NCBI GenBank assembly: GCA_964342815.1
Contig: CAYFHS010000012.1
Coordinates: 32,001 to 96,000 of the forward strand
Length of the DNA stretch: 64,000 bases
Direction of reading: 5' to 3'
Origin: an uncultured archaeon
Lineage (GTDB): Archaea > Thermoplasmatota > Penumbrarchaeia > JASLWR01
Of the stretch, positions 9,392-19,409 are shown one piece after another. The position numbers and the translations under genes were made by a program. Position 1 is the first letter of the stretch, and each line of letters begins with the position of its first letter. The notes under the pieces are model-generated. The model searched no databases. It was given only the letters and a program-made list of their open reading frames with translations, and was not told where the DNA came from.

Positions 9392-9742
9392 TCACATCAG
9401 GGAAATGATGGCTTCTGCGGGATTACCTTCATTCTCCTGAAGGGCTTTCTTTGCCGCCTCGTAGCTTGCACCCGTCTGGCCCATAACTATCTGAATATCC
9501 TCTTCCGGGATTTTAACGGTACCTTCCTTCTCGATTATCTTTGGTTCGCCAACGATATTGAAGGTTGTTTGGCCCTGGGTAACCATCATGGAGACCGATG
9601 CTTCATCGAACACATACTCCCGGTCGGCAGTTCGGATCAATATCTTCTCTACGTTCTCAAGCTCCTCCACCTCTATCCCCATTCGTTTCATCATCATTTT
9701 CATTTTTCTGGGATTCATCCCTCTACCTAGACCGGGTATCAA
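9392..9742 (-). CDS. nac: Archaeal nascent polypeptide-associated complex protein (NAC domain plus UBA domain)
   Basis: GMNPRKMKMMMKRMGIEVEEL...EEDIQIVMGQTGASYEAAKKALQENEGNPAEAIISL. TTG start. Confidence 0.92.
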   Translation of the reverse strand: MIPGLGRGMNPRKMKMMMKRMGIEVEELENVEKILIRTADREYVFDEASVSMMVTQGQTTFNIVGEPKIIEKEGTVKIPEEDIQIVMGQTGASYEAAKKALQENEGNPAEAIISLM

Positions 9743-9753
9743 AATATCGCTTC

Positions 9754-10176
9754 CTATATATTCCTCTTGAAAAGATATCGACTGTAACCCGTGGCTGAGC
9801 CACCTGATGCCACTTTGAACTTCCCTTTTTTGAAGACCGCTCTCTTCTTGTTTATGGTATTATCACTGGCATACAGCTCCGCACCCACCGTCTTTATACC
9901 CTTCTTTTTCAGAATGGATACCACGTGCTTAAGCAGTCCCAGCGCATAGCCTTCAACGGACCAATCGTCGATGTTGAAGGAATTGATGGTTCCCTCCCTA
10001 CCCTGATAGGCGAATTCACACATCCCAATCCTCTTCGAAGCATCCTCGGTGTACAGCACGGTGGAATTTACCTCCCCCCCGCTCATCATCCTAACCACCT
10101 TTGTCTCGTAAATAACTTTGATCCTGGGCGAAAATAGACCACCCGTTTTTATCTTTTCGAAGGCGTGTTCAGCCAT
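9754..10176 (-). CDS. Hypothetical protein, possibly GNAT-fold
   Basis: EGTINSFNIDD..EGYALGLLKHVVSILKKKGIKTV resembles GNAT motifs A/B. SD GGGGA. Weak call. Confidence 0.5.
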   Translation of the reverse strand: MAEHAFEKIKTGGLFSPRIKVIYETKVVRMMSGGEVNSTVLYTEDASKRIGMCEFAYQGREGTINSFNIDDWSVEGYALGLLKHVVSILKKKGIKTVGAELYASDNTINKKRAVFKKGKFKVASGGSATGYSRYLFKRNI

Positions 10177-10218
10177 TTAATTCCCCCTAAATTAATTTTC
10201 CGCGATCCATCATATTCA

Positions 10219-10316
10219 GCGGAATCGGCCCTGCAGGACTCCCGCTTTGCTCCGTTGCATCAAAGATTCAACTGAGCCCTTGGAAACATGCTGTTTCCTA
10301 CGGGCCACGATTCCGC
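10219..10316. repeat. Intergenic palindromic element with terminal inverted repeats
   Basis: GCGGAATCG-GCCC (10219-31) pairs with GGGCC-A-CGATTCCGC (10302-16). Internal hairpin GGAAACA-TGC-TGTTTCC. Confidence 0.6.
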
Positions 10317-10473
10317 GAACATTATCAAGCTGCGAATTTCGAATTATTTTCGAACTTCGCACCATTGACAATATTCAGGTCATGTTGGATTACAAAAGTA
10401 TCATATAAATGTTTTTACCGTTTTTAGAAAGTTTCCGATATTTTTCATCCCAGCAGCTGGAGAACCTATTAGG

Positions 10474-11763
10474 TCAAATCGGGTTACGTCCTTCCTTGAG
10501 ATAGCTGATGAGATCGGCTTCTGCCACGTTCCGCTGTTCCCCTGAATTCATGTCCTTCACCGCTACCAGAGATTTATTGCGTTCGTCCTCTCCGATTATC
10601 CCCACGTAAGCAGCACCCAGGGCATTACCGTATTTCATTGCCTTCTTCATATTTCTGCCTCTCAACTCCAGATCCACCTTCAAGCCCGAGCTTCTCAAAC
10701 GGTTGGCAACCTTCACAGTATGGGAAACGTCATTCTTTGAGACAGGGACCAGAAACAGATCCAATTTCTTAGATTTGAAAGCGTAACCCTGGGTATCAAG
10801 TGCCAGTAGTAATCTGTCGAATCCCAAAGCAAAGCCGCTTGTGGCCACCTCCCTTCCTCCGAACAAAGGTACAAGCGAATACTCTCCACCGCCGCAGATC
10901 TGTTTCTCGGCTCCCAATGCTGGCGCCTCTATCTCGAAGACGATCCCCGTGTAATAATCCAGACCTCGGACCACACCGAGGTCAACGTTGTAGTTACCCA
11001 CATCCATGATGTCCAACCATTGACAGATCTTCCGGAAAAGGTCCAGATGTTTATCGATACCCGGATACTCAGTTTCCATCTCCTTGATCTCCGAGAGAAT
11101 CCCCCTGCCTCCGCTGCCATCCGTAAGTCTTACGATGTCCGATACCAGCTTCGACGGCGTACCGTGCTCAAAAAGAAGGTCCTCCAGTCCTTCGATGTTC
11201 TTCTTGTCGATGAGTACAATGGCAGACGCCAGTGCATTTGAGGGTAGTTCGGCCTTCGCCATCACTGTCCTCAATATATCCAGGTAACCGATGTTGATCC
11301 GGAAATCATTCAGGCCGGATTTCTCCATTATCCTTACTGATAATGCGATCAATTCGGCCAGCGCAAGAGGTGTGGAACTGCCAATGAATTCGACACCGAA
11401 CTGCCAGAACTCGCGGAACCTTCCCTTTTGGGGCCTCTCGTATCTGAAGCAGTTTCCGAAATAGTACAGTTTTTGAGGTTTTGGTCGGTTCTGAAGACTA
11501 TTGACATAGAACCTCATTGCTGATGCCGTTAGTTCCGGTCGAAGAGCCAGGCTCCTCCCGTTCTTATCGGTAAAGTTGTACATCTGGTCGATTATTCCCG
11601 GGCCCGAACGCAGGGTGAAGAGATCCAAGTGTTCAAATGTAGGAAGATTGATCTCTCCGTACCCGAAACTCTCGACGGTTCCTCTCAGTGTAACAAGAAG
11701 TTGTTCCCGCCGGTCCATTTCCTCCGGTGTGAAATCCCTAGTTCCTCTGGGCCTACCGATCAT
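10474..11763 (-). CDS. hisS: Histidyl-tRNA synthetase
   Basis: RPRGTRDF, LALRPELTAS, FRYERPQKGRFREFWQFGVEFIG, VVRGLDYYTGIVFE, GGGEY, C-terminal anticodon-binding domain. Confidence 0.97.
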   Translation of the reverse strand: MIGRPRGTRDFTPEEMDRREQLLVTLRGTVESFGYGEINLPTFEHLDLFTLRSGPGIIDQMYNFTDKNGRSLALRPELTASAMRFYVNSLQNRPKPQKLYYFGNCFRYERPQKGRFREFWQFGVEFIGSSTPLALAELIALSVRIMEKSGLNDFRINIGYLDILRTVMAKAELPSNALASAIVLIDKKNIEGLEDLLFEHGTPSKLVSDIVRLTDGSGGRGILSEIKEMETEYPGIDKHLDLFRKICQWLDIMDVGNYNVDLGVVRGLDYYTGIVFEIEAPALGAEKQICGGGEYSLVPLFGGREVATSGFALGFDRLLLALDTQGYAFKSKKLDLFLVPVSKNDVSHTVKVANRLRSSGLKVDLELRGRNMKKAMKYGNALGAAYVGIIGEDERNKSLVAVKDMNSGEQRNVAEADLISYLKEGRNPI

Positions 11764-11850
11764 ATCTCCATCCCCTGATTAGCTCGCCAGTTAATATTCA
11801 ACCTCAATAATTTCTCGGATAAGCTTGTGGAGCGAACCGGTAAAAATAGC

Positions 11851-14800
11851 TTATTCCTGGATGTGCTTAATACTCTCCTGAGCCAATCTCAGTGCTTCCT
11901 TGTAACGTTCCAGCCCGTAGGCGGTTCGCGCTTTCCTGAAATAATCCTGGGCCCGTTCATTATCAGTACCCTTTACAATCTCACCTGTGGCATAGAGTAC
12001 CGTCTTTGCTCTCTGTTCGAGAAGAGTGTTCCTCTGGTCCTTGAGTTCTTTCAAACACGCCTGGGAAAGTTCGTTCGCGCTTTCAAGGAGACCTCCTGAG
12101 AGATAATCCGTGGCCTTTTTGATATTTTTCTGGATCTTGGTGGTATCTCCTCTCATCCCTTCGACCTCTTCCATTATCGCACTGCAGTTATCGAGAATCC
12201 TCCTCAGTTCATCCCGGAAAATATCCTTTTCAAGGCCGCCCATGGCATTAATGATGAGGTTTTTAACCTCACCCGCTTTCTCCAATTCTCCCTCTTTAAG
12301 GAGAACCAGCAGCTTTTCCAGATCCCTTCTTGCGTTCAGAACCTCAGCTCCCTTCTCCTCGTATATATCCAGTTCTTTTCTAAGGGCTGTAGCCTCATCC
12401 TGCATTATCCGTACCCGGTTCATGTGAAGAAGCTCGTTAATCACTGATATTGCTTCGCGTATGTTATCATAGGCCAATGCCATGGCTTCCTTGAGGAACA
12501 ACTTCCGGCTTTCTTCCATAAGAAGGGTGCCCTGGGAAATGTCGAGATCAATGGCCTCGGCTTTCTCCAATCCTCTCTCAGCCTCCTGGCGGCTGATCAA
12601 ATATTTCTCGCTCATTATCTGCCAGTAACTATCCCGAGCGTCCTTCTCAGCTCTTTTGGCCACATTCATTGCGAATTTATACATCCCGGATTCAAACAGA
12701 CGACCGGCCATATCCAATCTTTTCAAGTGAACGGCTCCGTCCATATCTCTGGCCTTTGATTGAATAACATTCGTTATCCTTCTAATCTCCTCATTGAACT
12801 TCACCCTCCGTCTGCTGTCGATTTCCTTTTCAGCCAGATCGATTGCCTCTTCGCAGAGTCCCTGTATCTTCGAGTAATTCCTTTGTCTCTCCGCTTCCTG
12901 GGCCTTTATCAGGACTACCTGTACATCTTTCGCCTCTGAGAATTTTAGGCCCATCAGCCTCATTTTTTCTATAGCAGATGTAATAAAACGGCTCGCCAAG
13001 TCCTGTTCATGCCTCTTTAGGGCCATGTTCGCTCCGTCTTCGGCTCGAATAAAACATTTTTCCGCTTCCTTGAATCCCCCATTTTCAAGTGCTGCTTTTC
13101 CCTGAGCAAGCCAATGAAGCGCGCTGGTGGGGGTAAATTGTTTAGACTTAAGGGCGTTTACCTTGTAAGAAAGATCAAGATAATGGTCAATGTGGTTCTG
13201 TTTCGTTACTCTCTGTTCGATCTTCTCGATCTGATCACCCAGAAGATTTACGTATCGAAGTCTTTCCACCCACTCCGTCCCGGGTGTATCACTAAATATG
13301 TTCAGGTATAATTTATAAACATCAACCCCTACGATACCCCTTTTGAGCAGCTTTTCCACTCCGCCCAACCTGTTGATACGGGCTTTTTGATCTTCAAGTC
13401 CTCGTCCGATCTCCGCTTCGATAGTTTCGGTTATGAGATCCCGTATCTTTTCAAAATCCACGAAAGCACTGTCTTCTTCGGATCTGGGAACGGCTGGACC
13501 TATGCTCGGCAATCCATCCAGTTTCATTGTGTATTCCCGGATTCTCTCTTCCGGTAGATATTCGGAAACTCGGTCCAATAACCTTCTTACACTTTTTACA
13601 TTCTTTTGAAACATTGCTTTTGTTTCTTCATCCTCCAACATTTTAAAGAACTTGCTTAGAGACAATATCGTTTGTGTCAGTTCCTCGGTTATTGGAATGG
13701 CAGAATCGTCCCGCAACAATCTGAGTTTTTTCATCAGCTCCGTTTCATACCCCTGCCTTTCTCCTGTTGCTATCAATGAGTCTTCGAGTGAGAGAACAGC
13801 TTCGGATATATCTGCTGTTTTCTGCTTGCGGATATTCTGTGCCAGTTGAACTGCTTCCTCCATCAGTTTATAGGCTTTATCCAGCTCGCCGTTCTTAATT
13901 AATATTCGTCCTTGATCCATCATATTTTTCGGTTCATCCTGGTCAATACCGTCGGCAGCAAGTTCGTCTATCTGCAGTTTTATCCGCTGGTATTTCTCAT
14001 TCGCCATATTATTTTCATATTCGCTCCGTTTCAAATTGAAAAGCTTAATAATTTCCTCGTATGATTCATTCGCCGCGTCGAACTTTCGCTCGATTAACAG
14101 TCCCTCAATCTTTTTCATTTCTTCCTCGAAATGATCCTTTTTTATTGGAAGATTGCTGACTGATTCCCTCAGAGCTTCGATCTTCGTCTGAAGTTCACCC
14201 ATTACTGTCATCTCGTCGCAGGCACTTATAAATGATTTCAACTGGTGTGCGCACTTTCTGTGCTTTTCCTCAGCATAATTATCCTTGGCTTTATTCATCA
14301 TGGATTCGAGGTGACTTATGTCGAAGGGGAGCTTTCGGATATCTTTCATCAACAATTCCGCCGTATACAAAAGTCCGTTGGCACTATCTTTGAAGAACTG
14401 GGCCCTCTTTTCTTTAGCCAAGGCAATACACTCGGTTCCCTTGGCCAAGCCTTTCTCCGTATCCCCACCATCATACATCTCCCTCGCCTCGGCCAATAGA
14501 GCCATGGGTTCTGTTACGTCGACACCTTCCATACCGTATTTCTTGAGAAGAGCTTCATTTCGTTCAAGATTGGTATCGAGGAGATGAAGCTTGAACGTTG
14601 TTTCCTGCTCCCGAGCGCTATGAAGTGCGTGTCGTATATCATCCAGTAAGGAACGCTGCTCATCATCGGGTAATTCCGTACGGTCATCCAGGGTCTCCCT
14701 CAGCTCATTCAGCAATTGTAGAGATGAGGATATCTCAACTCCCTGTTCTTCGATGCCGCTGCATATATCAGATGTTTTTTCCAGTTCCTCCGATACAATT

Positions 14801-17800
14801 CTCAGATTGTGCCTGTTCTTAAGCTTAACAAGGGTCGTCGCCGCTTTTTTGACATAGATCTCTGCCTCGTCCAGAACACCTTTATCCACTAGGAGCTGGC
14901 TCATATCCATGAAGGATTTTTCCTCTTTCATCTCTATCTTGGATACGCCCATCTCCTTGAGATTATCATAAATGATCTTGTTTTTTATGATCATACCGTT
15001 TATCTTCGTTTTCAAGTAATTGAACCTTGCAGCGGTGATGGTCTTCTTAGCGTTTTCCAGCAGATTGATCGATTTATCATAATCCTCTCTTTTGAATTCT
15101 CGTTTACCTTTATCGAACAATGAGGAGCCTTCGGATACATCCACTCCGATGTTACGGGCTTCTTCCTGCAATGTTCTGATACTGTCTATGGACAGTAGAA
15201 TTTCTTGGCGCCTCTTTTCGAAAGCTGCTTTCTCGATCCCCTTTTGAAACCATTCTATACTAGGTCCGTAGTGTTCTTTGTCAAGCAATTTATCCCCTTT
15301 CTGAATATAAACCATGAGAGGAGAGGTTGCGCCACCCAGTTCTTCGATCTCGGCTATAATATCTTCGAGCAGCCTTTTTGTGGAGATTGCTTTGCGTTTC
15401 ATGTATTCCCGGCTTCGATCCCTTACATCGTCCTCGAACTGGACGATACGTGCCAATATCTCGGTTGAAACTTCTTCCTTTACGCCATTGTATAGTTCAT
15501 TCAATCGGTTAAAATAATCCGTAAGATCAAAACCTCCTCCGGAGTCCTTTTCTATGAACTCCACCACCCCCTTGCTTCTTGAGAGACGATCCAAGGCGAT
15601 TTCCAGGTCGTACTCCCTTTCCCTTTTCATCCCTTCTTTAATTGCCAGCTTACAGTATGCCTCCACCTCGATGAAATTGTTCTTCTTAAATAATTCAACT
15701 GCATCACGATAGAGGTCGCTCATCAGCTCCGTGTCAACGCCTTTGGCTAAAAGACGGTCCAATTCCTCCTTGACGCTGTCCAAAGAAGTTTGGGAATTTC
15801 CCAGCTTATGATCGAGCTCAAGGGAATCCCTTATCTTCTTCACTTTATCTATTATCCGGTATGTCTCATCAAAGATTCCTTTGGAAAGGTTGGAATTCGC
15901 ACTCACCAGAAGAGTTTCCATCTCCATGGTGTCAACCCCCTCTTCGCTTAGGCTACGCTTTTTCTGTTCCAGTTCATCCAAGAATACACGGACCTTACCA
16001 CGGTGGAACTCGATCTCTATCTCCCTGATATCTTTCTGCCTCTTCAATATTGCGGACCTTGCTTCGGAGAAGGAACCTTTGGATATCATCCGCTTTATTT
16101 TCAGTAATTTACCATCCATTCCCGTTACATCGGCACCTCGGTTAGCAAGTTCGAAAAGAGCGTCCTCCAATTCGTATAACTGGGTCAATAAGCGATTGGT
16201 CACGAAAAAATCCCTGGCGGATTCAGCCTCGGTCCATCCTTTTTTCAAAAGTTCCGACGTGACATTGTATTCCTTCTGCTCAAGGTAATCTGTACTTTTA
16301 TCAACTATCGAATACAGAGAAGAAACATCAACATCCTTTTTGGAAAATTTGTCCAGGAGAGCCTTGAATTCACCGATCTCTTTACGATAGAAATCATCCC
16401 TGTATGCATGGAATTTTTCATTCATCTCATTATCGAGCTTTTCGAGGGTTTCTTTGGCATTATCGAAATCGGCCGCATCCAGCATAACTGCCACCTGGGA
16501 CAGAACATCTTTTTCTTCTTTAAGCTCCATACCTTCATTTTCCAGTTCAGCGTGCCGGTCCATAAGAATTTGGCTTTTTTTCTGCAGTGTACCAAGTCTC
16601 CTTCTTACCTTTATCTTGCTAGACAATTCTTCGCCGAGCTCATATGCCTCTTTATACTTCTGTTCAGTGAAATATTCCTTCACGCGGTCCAGTTGTACCC
16701 GGAAGGAGGAGATGTCCTGGCCGACCTCAAGCAATTCGCGAAAGGCGATCTTCGTTTCCGATATGATATCCAAAGACCTTTCCTGGTAATAATATTCTCG
16801 CAACCTTGAAGATATCTCCAAGGCCTGATCCAGATCCTTTGAGGCTGTCGCCATCTCTTTCAATTCAATCTTCTTCTTTGCATCTTCAAGTATCATTTCC
16901 AGTTCAGCAGTATCTATGGATGCTTCTTTCCACTTACCAATGTCCCTGAAAATCCCGTCATAGGTCTCTTTGAAAACCGAACTCTTAGTAAGTATATAAC
17001 TGTTCTCCGCCTTCTTTCGTGCTTCCGTTAGAATGGCCTTGGCCTCTTCATAATTGCCTTTCTTGTGAGCATCGGCCGCGTCTTCCAGTGCACCCTTTAC
17101 TTCATCAAGCTGGATTCCCTCGGTTTCAAGCTCATTATACCGATCTTGCATTTCCTTTAATTTTTCAGCGGATTGCCCCCCCAGATATTCCTGTTTCTTC
17201 TCCGTAATGGATTCCATTATCTTGTTCATAATGGGAGCCAGGTCTCCAAAATCGTCATTTTCGACTTTTGTCTTTGCATCGTTCAGCCGTTCCTCCAATG
17301 AACTAATATCCACTCCGCCCCGCTGAAGCGCTTTGATCAGGGTATGATAGTCGAGTAACGTATCAAGGTACATCTTGCGAAAGAAATCCGTTTTCGTGTT
17401 CTTAGCTGAATCGAAAGCATCCTTGACTATTTGAAAACCCGCCTCCATATCCTTACCCCGTATCTTGAGATCGGCCAATTGCAAAAGTTTCTCCGCCTTT
17501 ATTACCTTCAATCCTTTTTCCTTCAATTCTGATATGATGGAATCAGTATCTCCCTTGATCTTGTCTATCTTCATGAGCAGGTGGGCTCCCCAGGTTTCGT
17601 TCAATAATTCTTCCGCGGTCCTTAATGCTTCATTAGCACTGTTGTAATCTCCACTTTGTAATATACTTCGTCCCTTGTTGAAGGAGAGCCATGCCTTGGA
17701 AACATCGACATCCTTCTTCGCTATTTCCTCAAGGCGTTTTTCGGTCTCGTCAAACTTCTTTTTCGACTCAGTAAGCTTGTGATGACTGATCATTTTTTCG

Positions 17801-19197
17801 GATAAATTTTTTACCTTTTCCGTAAGTTCGTCTATACGCCGGTAATCGTATTCCTTGAAGGCTTTCTGCGCTTCAGCGAGCATGTCCGTTACTTCTTTTA
17901 AGGGTAGGCCGAGTATTTTCAATTTCCTTATATCGACCTGAATTGATGAGATATCGCTGCTTCCCTTCTTGATTCTCATGTTATTTTTTTCCTTGAGAAG
18001 TTCGAGAGAGATATTCTCCAGCATATTCTCGCATTCCAAATATTTTTTCATGGCCGCATTCTGTGCCACACCTGCAAGCTTCGATTTCAACTCATCAAGT
18101 TCTAAACCGGACTTCTCCAGTTGTTCTATCTTCAGGGTATATTCTTCTATCTTTGAAAAAATCTTACCCTTATAGAACTTGTGCTTCACGTCCATAGCCG
18201 TATTGATAGCATCGTCCGATCTCTCTATTGATTCGTCATATTTTTTTTCTTTGAAGAGGTTCTTTGCCATCCCGAGTTTTTCCAATGGTTCTGTGGACCC
18301 CTGAGCCGATTCTCCCATTTGATCAACAACATATTTGGCCCGGGCTAGTCGCTCCTGGGCTGCCTTGATCTTCACTCTGTCCTTAAGTCGAGAAATAATG
18401 ATATAGCAGCTCGAAATAATGTCCCGGGTGCCCACAATATCTCCGTTATCCAGGGCTTGTTTACCGTTCTGCAACCTTATATTGACCGCTTTTACTCCGG
18501 CACCTAATCTTTCAAGTTGTTCAACCTCGCTCTCAATGGATCCCAGTTCTTCAAGAAGAGACTGCATCTCACCGTATTTACTTTCCTCTGAGCATCTGTT
18601 CAATACTTCATATGCCATTTCTGTAGCCTTATCAAGTTCATCGTTCTCGGCTAATTCCCTACTTTTTTCAAGCATACCTTGCAGCCTGCCATCAGAATCA
18701 TTAATGAATTTTTTATGGCTAGCAGTCTCCGCCCTGGTAATCAATCCCATAATCTTTTTCTTATCAATCCGTCTACGAACTTTTACAATACTACTAACAC
18801 CAATTTCTAGAAATTTATTAGCTTCATCATAATGTCCCAGGATCAACTCATCCTCGCCTCTCGCAAGATATTCACGTACTTCAGCGACATCAATATTCTG
18901 GGAAAATGATCGGATGAAATCTTTTATTTCAGCCACCTTGTTCCCAACTATTTGGATGATACCCTCGCTTTTCCTGTGTTCCCCTATTGTACAGGCATCG
19001 GTTGCCTTTGCGGTGGCTAAAGCGACGTTGCCCTTTGAAATCGCGACCCTAGCCTCTCCTAAAAGGTCATTTACTTCAGTGGCTTCGATGGAGAGGCTCT
19101 TCAATTCCCGGTACAGCTCTTCACCTAGCGAAAGCAGCTCCTCAGCTACTGTGACACCTTGACCGGTCCCATTGGTCCGATTGGTTCCAACTCCCAT
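11851..19197 (-). CDS. Giant (2448 aa) soluble alpha-helical repeat / coiled-coil protein
   Basis: One uninterrupted ORF with SD GGAGGG. K/E/L-rich, no TM or signal peptide seen. A G-[VIL]-D-[VTI]-S-type turn motif recurs roughly every 65-70 aa. Confidence 0.85.
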   Translation of the reverse strand: MGVGTNRTNGTGQGVTVAEELLSLGEELYRELKSLSIEATEVNDLLGEARVAISKGNVALATAKATDACTIGEHRKSEGIIQIVGNKVAEIKDFIRSFSQNIDVAEVREYLARGEDELILGHYDEANKFLEIGVSSIVKVRRRIDKKKIMGLITRAETASHKKFINDSDGRLQGMLEKSRELAENDELDKATEMAYEVLNRCSEESKYGEMQSLLEELGSIESEVEQLERLGAGVKAVNIRLQNGKQALDNGDIVGTRDIISSCYIIISRLKDRVKIKAAQERLARAKYVVDQMGESAQGSTEPLEKLGMAKNLFKEKKYDESIERSDDAINTAMDVKHKFYKGKIFSKIEEYTLKIEQLEKSGLELDELKSKLAGVAQNAAMKKYLECENMLENISLELLKEKNNMRIKKGSSDISSIQVDIRKLKILGLPLKEVTDMLAEAQKAFKEYDYRRIDELTEKVKNLSEKMISHHKLTESKKKFDETEKRLEEIAKKDVDVSKAWLSFNKGRSILQSGDYNSANEALRTAEELLNETWGAHLLMKIDKIKGDTDSIISELKEKGLKVIKAEKLLQLADLKIRGKDMEAGFQIVKDAFDSAKNTKTDFFRKMYLDTLLDYHTLIKALQRGGVDISSLEERLNDAKTKVENDDFGDLAPIMNKIMESITEKKQEYLGGQSAEKLKEMQDRYNELETEGIQLDEVKGALEDAADAHKKGNYEEAKAILTEARKKAENSYILTKSSVFKETYDGIFRDIGKWKEASIDTAELEMILEDAKKKIELKEMATASKDLDQALEISSRLREYYYQERSLDIISETKIAFRELLEVGQDISSFRVQLDRVKEYFTEQKYKEAYELGEELSSKIKVRRRLGTLQKKSQILMDRHAELENEGMELKEEKDVLSQVAVMLDAADFDNAKETLEKLDNEMNEKFHAYRDDFYRKEIGEFKALLDKFSKKDVDVSSLYSIVDKSTDYLEQKEYNVTSELLKKGWTEAESARDFFVTNRLLTQLYELEDALFELANRGADVTGMDGKLLKIKRMISKGSFSEARSAILKRQKDIREIEIEFHRGKVRVFLDELEQKKRSLSEEGVDTMEMETLLVSANSNLSKGIFDETYRIIDKVKKIRDSLELDHKLGNSQTSLDSVKEELDRLLAKGVDTELMSDLYRDAVELFKKNNFIEVEAYCKLAIKEGMKREREYDLEIALDRLSRSKGVVEFIEKDSGGGFDLTDYFNRLNELYNGVKEEVSTEILARIVQFEDDVRDRSREYMKRKAISTKRLLEDIIAEIEELGGATSPLMVYIQKGDKLLDKEHYGPSIEWFQKGIEKAAFEKRRQEILLSIDSIRTLQEEARNIGVDVSEGSSLFDKGKREFKREDYDKSINLLENAKKTITAARFNYLKTKINGMIIKNKIIYDNLKEMGVSKIEMKEEKSFMDMSQLLVDKGVLDEAEIYVKKAATTLVKLKNRHNLRIVSEELEKTSDICSGIEEQGVEISSSLQLLNELRETLDDRTELPDDEQRSLLDDIRHALHSAREQETTFKLHLLDTNLERNEALLKKYGMEGVDVTEPMALLAEAREMYDGGDTEKGLAKGTECIALAKEKRAQFFKDSANGLLYTAELLMKDIRKLPFDISHLESMMNKAKDNYAEEKHRKCAHQLKSFISACDEMTVMGELQTKIEALRESVSNLPIKKDHFEEEMKKIEGLLIERKFDAANESYEEIIKLFNLKRSEYENNMANEKYQRIKLQIDELAADGIDQDEPKNMMDQGRILIKNGELDKAYKLMEEAVQLAQNIRKQKTADISEAVLSLEDSLIATGERQGYETELMKKLRLLRDDSAIPITEELTQTILSLSKFFKMLEDEETKAMFQKNVKSVRRLLDRVSEYLPEERIREYTMKLDGLPSIGPAVPRSEEDSAFVDFEKIRDLITETIEAEIGRGLEDQKARINRLGGVEKLLKRGIVGVDVYKLYLNIFSDTPGTEWVERLRYVNLLGDQIEKIEQRVTKQNHIDHYLDLSYKVNALKSKQFTPTSALHWLAQGKAALENGGFKEAEKCFIRAEDGANMALKRHEQDLASRFITSAIEKMRLMGLKFSEAKDVQVVLIKAQEAERQRNYSKIQGLCEEAIDLAEKEIDSRRRVKFNEEIRRITNVIQSKARDMDGAVHLKRLDMAGRLFESGMYKFAMNVAKRAEKDARDSYWQIMSEKYLISRQEAERGLEKAEAIDLDISQGTLLMEESRKLFLKEAMALAYDNIREAISVINELLHMNRVRIMQDEATALRKELDIYEEKGAEVLNARRDLEKLLVLLKEGELEKAGEVKNLIINAMGGLEKDIFRDELRRILDNCSAIMEEVEGMRGDTTKIQKNIKKATDYLSGGLLESANELSQACLKELKDQRNTLLEQRAKTVLYATGEIVKGTDNERAQDYFRKARTAYGLERYKEALRLAQESIKHIQE

Positions 19198-19409
19198 ATA
19201 GATTATCCCTCCTTGAATCCGATAGGATCCCTTTTTGGTCCGGATGAGATTTATTTATATTAATTTCCTCCGCAAGGTCTGGGAGGTCCGCATCCCTTCT
19301 CGTGTACACCCATTAACTATTTTTTATTTATTTCTTTGTATATGGGCATTTCTATAAAGATATTATTAGGAGTAATCGAGCATAATATCTTCCCACAAGG
19401 AGGAAGTGA

